The position numbers were made by a program, and so were the translations under genes. From Cyanobacteriota bacterium (GTDB lineage Bacteria; Cyanobacteriota; Cyanobacteriia; PCC-6307; Cyanobiaceae), in NCBI GenBank assembly GCA_041174245.1, contig JBEDHF010000004.1:1-30824 (forward strand): a DNA stretch of 30,824 nucleotides. The letters are read 5' to 3'. Positions 28,698-30,824 of this stretch are shown in pieces (the stretch's first letter is position 1; each line of letters begins with the position of its first letter). The notes under the pieces were generated by a model. The model was not told where the DNA came from and searched no databases. It worked only from the letters and a program-made list of their open reading frames with translations.

Positions 28698-29532
28698 GCG
28701 GAGCATCCGCTGCCGGGGATCCAACGGGGGCCTGGCGTCGCAGAGCCCCCAGACCCCAGGCTGCCGCCACCCGATCCAAGGAGGCCTCGGAAGCGGTGCC
28801 GGCCCGGGATCGGGCCTGCTGCAACAGGGCCTGGGCCTGCTCGGTCTGGCCCTTGTCCTGCTTGATCAGGGCCAAGGCCAGCAGCGGCCTTGGATCCCGC
28901 GGAAAATCGCTGACCATGGCCGCACAGGTGGCCTCCGCCTGGGCCGCCTGACCCAGTTGACGCTCCAGATCAGCCAGCAACAGGCCAACGGCGAGCGCCT
29001 CAGGCAGCACCTGGGGCTTGGTCTGACGGTTGTAAAGGGCCCGCAGCCCCTGGGCCGCTGCGGCACCTCGGCCTGTCTCCAGCTTCAGGCGGGTGTCGAG
29101 CTGCAGGGCCTCGATCTGAGCCGGGAGCACATTCAGCACCTGGCGCACCTCCCGCTCGGCGGCCGTGCGATCGCCAAGATCCCGACGCAGTTCGGCCAGG
29201 AGCAGCCGCAACCGCCAGCGCTCAGGCTGCTGATCAGCCATCTGCTCCAGCAGCCGACTGGCCTGCTCGCGGCGGTTGAGCGCGATCAGCACCTCCAGCA
29301 ACCGCTGGCGATCACGGTTGTCGGCCTGGCCCAGGTCCAGCCGCTGCTGCAGGCTGAGGGCCTGGTTCTCCAGGGCCTGCCGGGAGGAAGCGCTGGCGCC
29401 GTTGTTCTCCAGACGCCGACCCAGCCACCAACCACCCGCCAGGCTCACCACCACCAGGGCCAGCAGCGAGGCCAGCAGCAGACGCGGGCGCTCCTGGCGC
29501 AGGGGAGCCCCAGGCTTGGGTCGAGCGGGCAT
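28585..29532 (-). CDS. Membrane-anchored tetratricopeptide-repeat protein
   Basis: N-terminal TM, then helical TPR-like units (LLLAELRRDLGDRTAAEREVRQVL; PRDPRPLLALALIKQDKGQTEQAQALLQQA). Confidence 0.8.
   Translation of the reverse strand: MPARPKPGAPLRQERPRLLLASLLALVVVSLAGGWWLGRRLENNGASASSRQALENQALSLQQRLDLGQADNRDRQRLLEVLIALNRREQASRLLEQMADQQPERWRLRLLLAELRRDLGDRTAAEREVRQVLNVLPAQIEALQLDTRLKLETGRGAAAAQGLRALYNRQTKPQVLPEALAVGLLLADLERQLGQAAQAEATCAAMVSDFPRDPRPLLALALIKQDKGQTEQAQALLQQARSRAGTASEASLDRVAAAWGLGALRRQAPVGSPAADAPLRVSPGTSAAAPRASEPAAPGRAAQGTVPQGTVPDSP
28599..28643. repeat. 15-nt tandem repeat (two perfect copies plus one degenerate) inside a convergent gene overlap
   Basis: gcactgtcccctgcg gcactgtcccctgcg cagctctccccggcg, seen directly. 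Confidence 0.85.
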
Positions 29533-29614
29533 GGCCGAATCCGGATCTGATCCCAGTGTCGCTGGTGCAGGCTGGCTACATTGGCCCGCGGGCCAACGGT
29601 TGCCCTGATTGCCA

Positions 29615-30373
29615 ATGCGTCACCATCCCATTTCCCCGGTCACCGAGCCGCAGCAGTACCGGGCCATCGGAGTGGTGCGCGGTCACTACCGACCGAGCGA
29701 TCCCGAGCAGCTCACCCGCGGCACGATCGTCTGCGACGACGGCTCCGAAGTCGAGGCCGTCGTTCTCGGCCGTCTGCTGACGCTGCTGCGTCGCCACGTC
29801 GACCTCGAGCAGCCCCATCTCTGGGTCGTGTATCCGCGCTACCGCAACGAAACCGTGCTGCATCTGCAGCTGGTGGGGGTGTGGGAACCCAGCACCCTGG
29901 CCGGCCAGGACAGGGAACGCAACGACGAACCTGCCGACAGCAGCGCCGATGCCCTGCCGGAAGGGGACAACTACTTCTCAATCCGCGGCGATCTGATCTT
30001 CACCCGCCCCGACCAGGGCGAACTGGCGGTGAAGATCCGGCCGATGGCGAAGGCGGACGGCAGCCGGGCCCTGCCCTTCAAGCTGCAGTTGAAAGGCGAG
30101 GTGCCAGTCGAAGCCCTGCGCCATTTCGTCTCCCTCGACGTTCACCGCGATGGCCAGGAGCTGCACCTGGATCGCTTTGAGGTGATCGCCCCCCTGAGCC
30201 AGCGCAGCAGCAGAGGCGGCAAGGGCAAACGGGGCGACCGCGGCCGGGGCGGTGGCGGCGCTGGACGCAAGCCCCGCAGCGACCGCGGTAGCGCCGAAGC
30301 AGCCACCGCTGCCACGGGCGAGACCACGGCCCCATCCCAGGAGCGGGGCGCCCTGCGCCGCCCGGCCCGCTGA
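29615..30373 (+). CDS. Conserved cyanobacterial hypothetical protein
   Basis: MRHHPISPVTEPQQYRAIGVVRG...HLWVVYPR...NYFSIRG is a recognisable cyanobacterial hypothetical, with a basic Gly/Arg-rich tail. Start 29609 or 29615. Confidence 0.75.
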   Translation: MRHHPISPVTEPQQYRAIGVVRGHYRPSDPEQLTRGTIVCDDGSEVEAVVLGRLLTLLRRHVDLEQPHLWVVYPRYRNETVLHLQLVGVWEPSTLAGQDRERNDEPADSSADALPEGDNYFSIRGDLIFTRPDQGELAVKIRPMAKADGSRALPFKLQLKGEVPVEALRHFVSLDVHRDGQELHLDRFEVIAPLSQRSSRGGKGKRGDRGRGGGGAGRKPRSDRGSAEAATAATGETTAPSQERGALRRPAR

Positions 30374-30375
30374 CG

Positions 30376-30824
30376 ATGCCTGAACCCGGTCGCAGCGGAG
30401 CTGCCGTGGCCATCGTCACGCTGCTGGCGGTGGCGGGTCCTCCGCTTGGCCTTTCCGCCGCCTGGATCACCGTGGGGGTGATCACGGCACTGGTGGCCAT
30501 CAGCCTCGATGCCGCGGCCTTCGCCGGCATGGGTGGCCATGTGCTGGCCGAAGCCCTGCCGGGGGGGCTGGAGCGGTTACGCCGGATTGCCATCCACGAA
30601 GCGGGCCACGGCCTGCTGGCCAACGATGAGGCACTGCCGATCGGCGAGGTGCTCGTGGGCGGCCTGGCCTGCCTCAGGGCCGGTCGCCGCAGCCTGGGCA
30701 GCACCGCCCTCGAACCCCCGGCCCAGGCCAAGCTCTCAGCCGAAGATCTGCGGCGCTGGAGCCGGGTGCTGCAGGCCGGCATGGTGGCCGAAGAGCTGAT
30801 CTACGGCGACGCCAAGGGCGGGGC
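30376..30824 (+). CDS. Stand-alone M41/FtsH-type Zn metalloprotease-domain membrane protein (3' end outside the window)
   Basis: Translated manually from ATG 30376: two TM segments, RIAIHEAGH (HExxH at 30595-30609) and AGMVAEELIYG. No stop before the window end. Confidence 0.85.
   Translation, partial: MPEPGRSGAAVAIVTLLAVAGPPLGLSAAWITVGVITALVAISLDAAAFAGMGGHVLAEALPGGLERLRRIAIHEAGHGLLANDEALPIGEVLVGGLACLRAGRRSLGSTALEPPAQAKLSAEDLRRWSRVLQAGMVAEELIYGDAKGG

Noticed and set aside
27251-28951. 566-aa plus-strand ORF and other long antisense ORFs (e.g. 13070-14713, 23830-25170, 20131-21294, 25528-26529, 4192-5187)
   Set aside because: They are shadow frames opposite well-supported genes, which is common in high-GC DNA, and they carry no family motifs.

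Overview
GC-rich cyanobacterial chromosome segment, most consistent with a freshwater/brackish picocyanobacterium (Cyanobium/Synechococcus-like; this is an inference from gene content and protein style). Both ends carry housekeeping genes: ispG (5'-truncated) and ctpA on the left; hemL, glcD, a DUF2752-like gene, xth, a TPR gene, conserved hypotheticals and a 3'-truncated stand-alone M41-type Zn protease on the right. The accessory middle holds (i) a 55-aa microprotein, a Usp and a 786-aa protein that fuses a calmodulin-like EF-hand pair to an Erv1/ALR-type sulfhydryl-oxidase domain; (ii) a lower-GC block (~8.0-15.3 kb) with the BCT1 bicarbonate transporter cmpABCD, an unannotated 56-aa hydrophobic ORF between cmpB and cmpC, dgkA overlapping cmpD, and a divergent DUF6671-like multi-Cys protein; (iii) an NDH-2 gene and a livKHMGF-type amino-acid ABC transporter. 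No rRNA, tRNA, CRISPR array or transposase was seen. All family calls come from motifs recognised by eye, not from database searches. The best novelty candidates are the EF-hand/Erv fusion and the expanded cmp locus.
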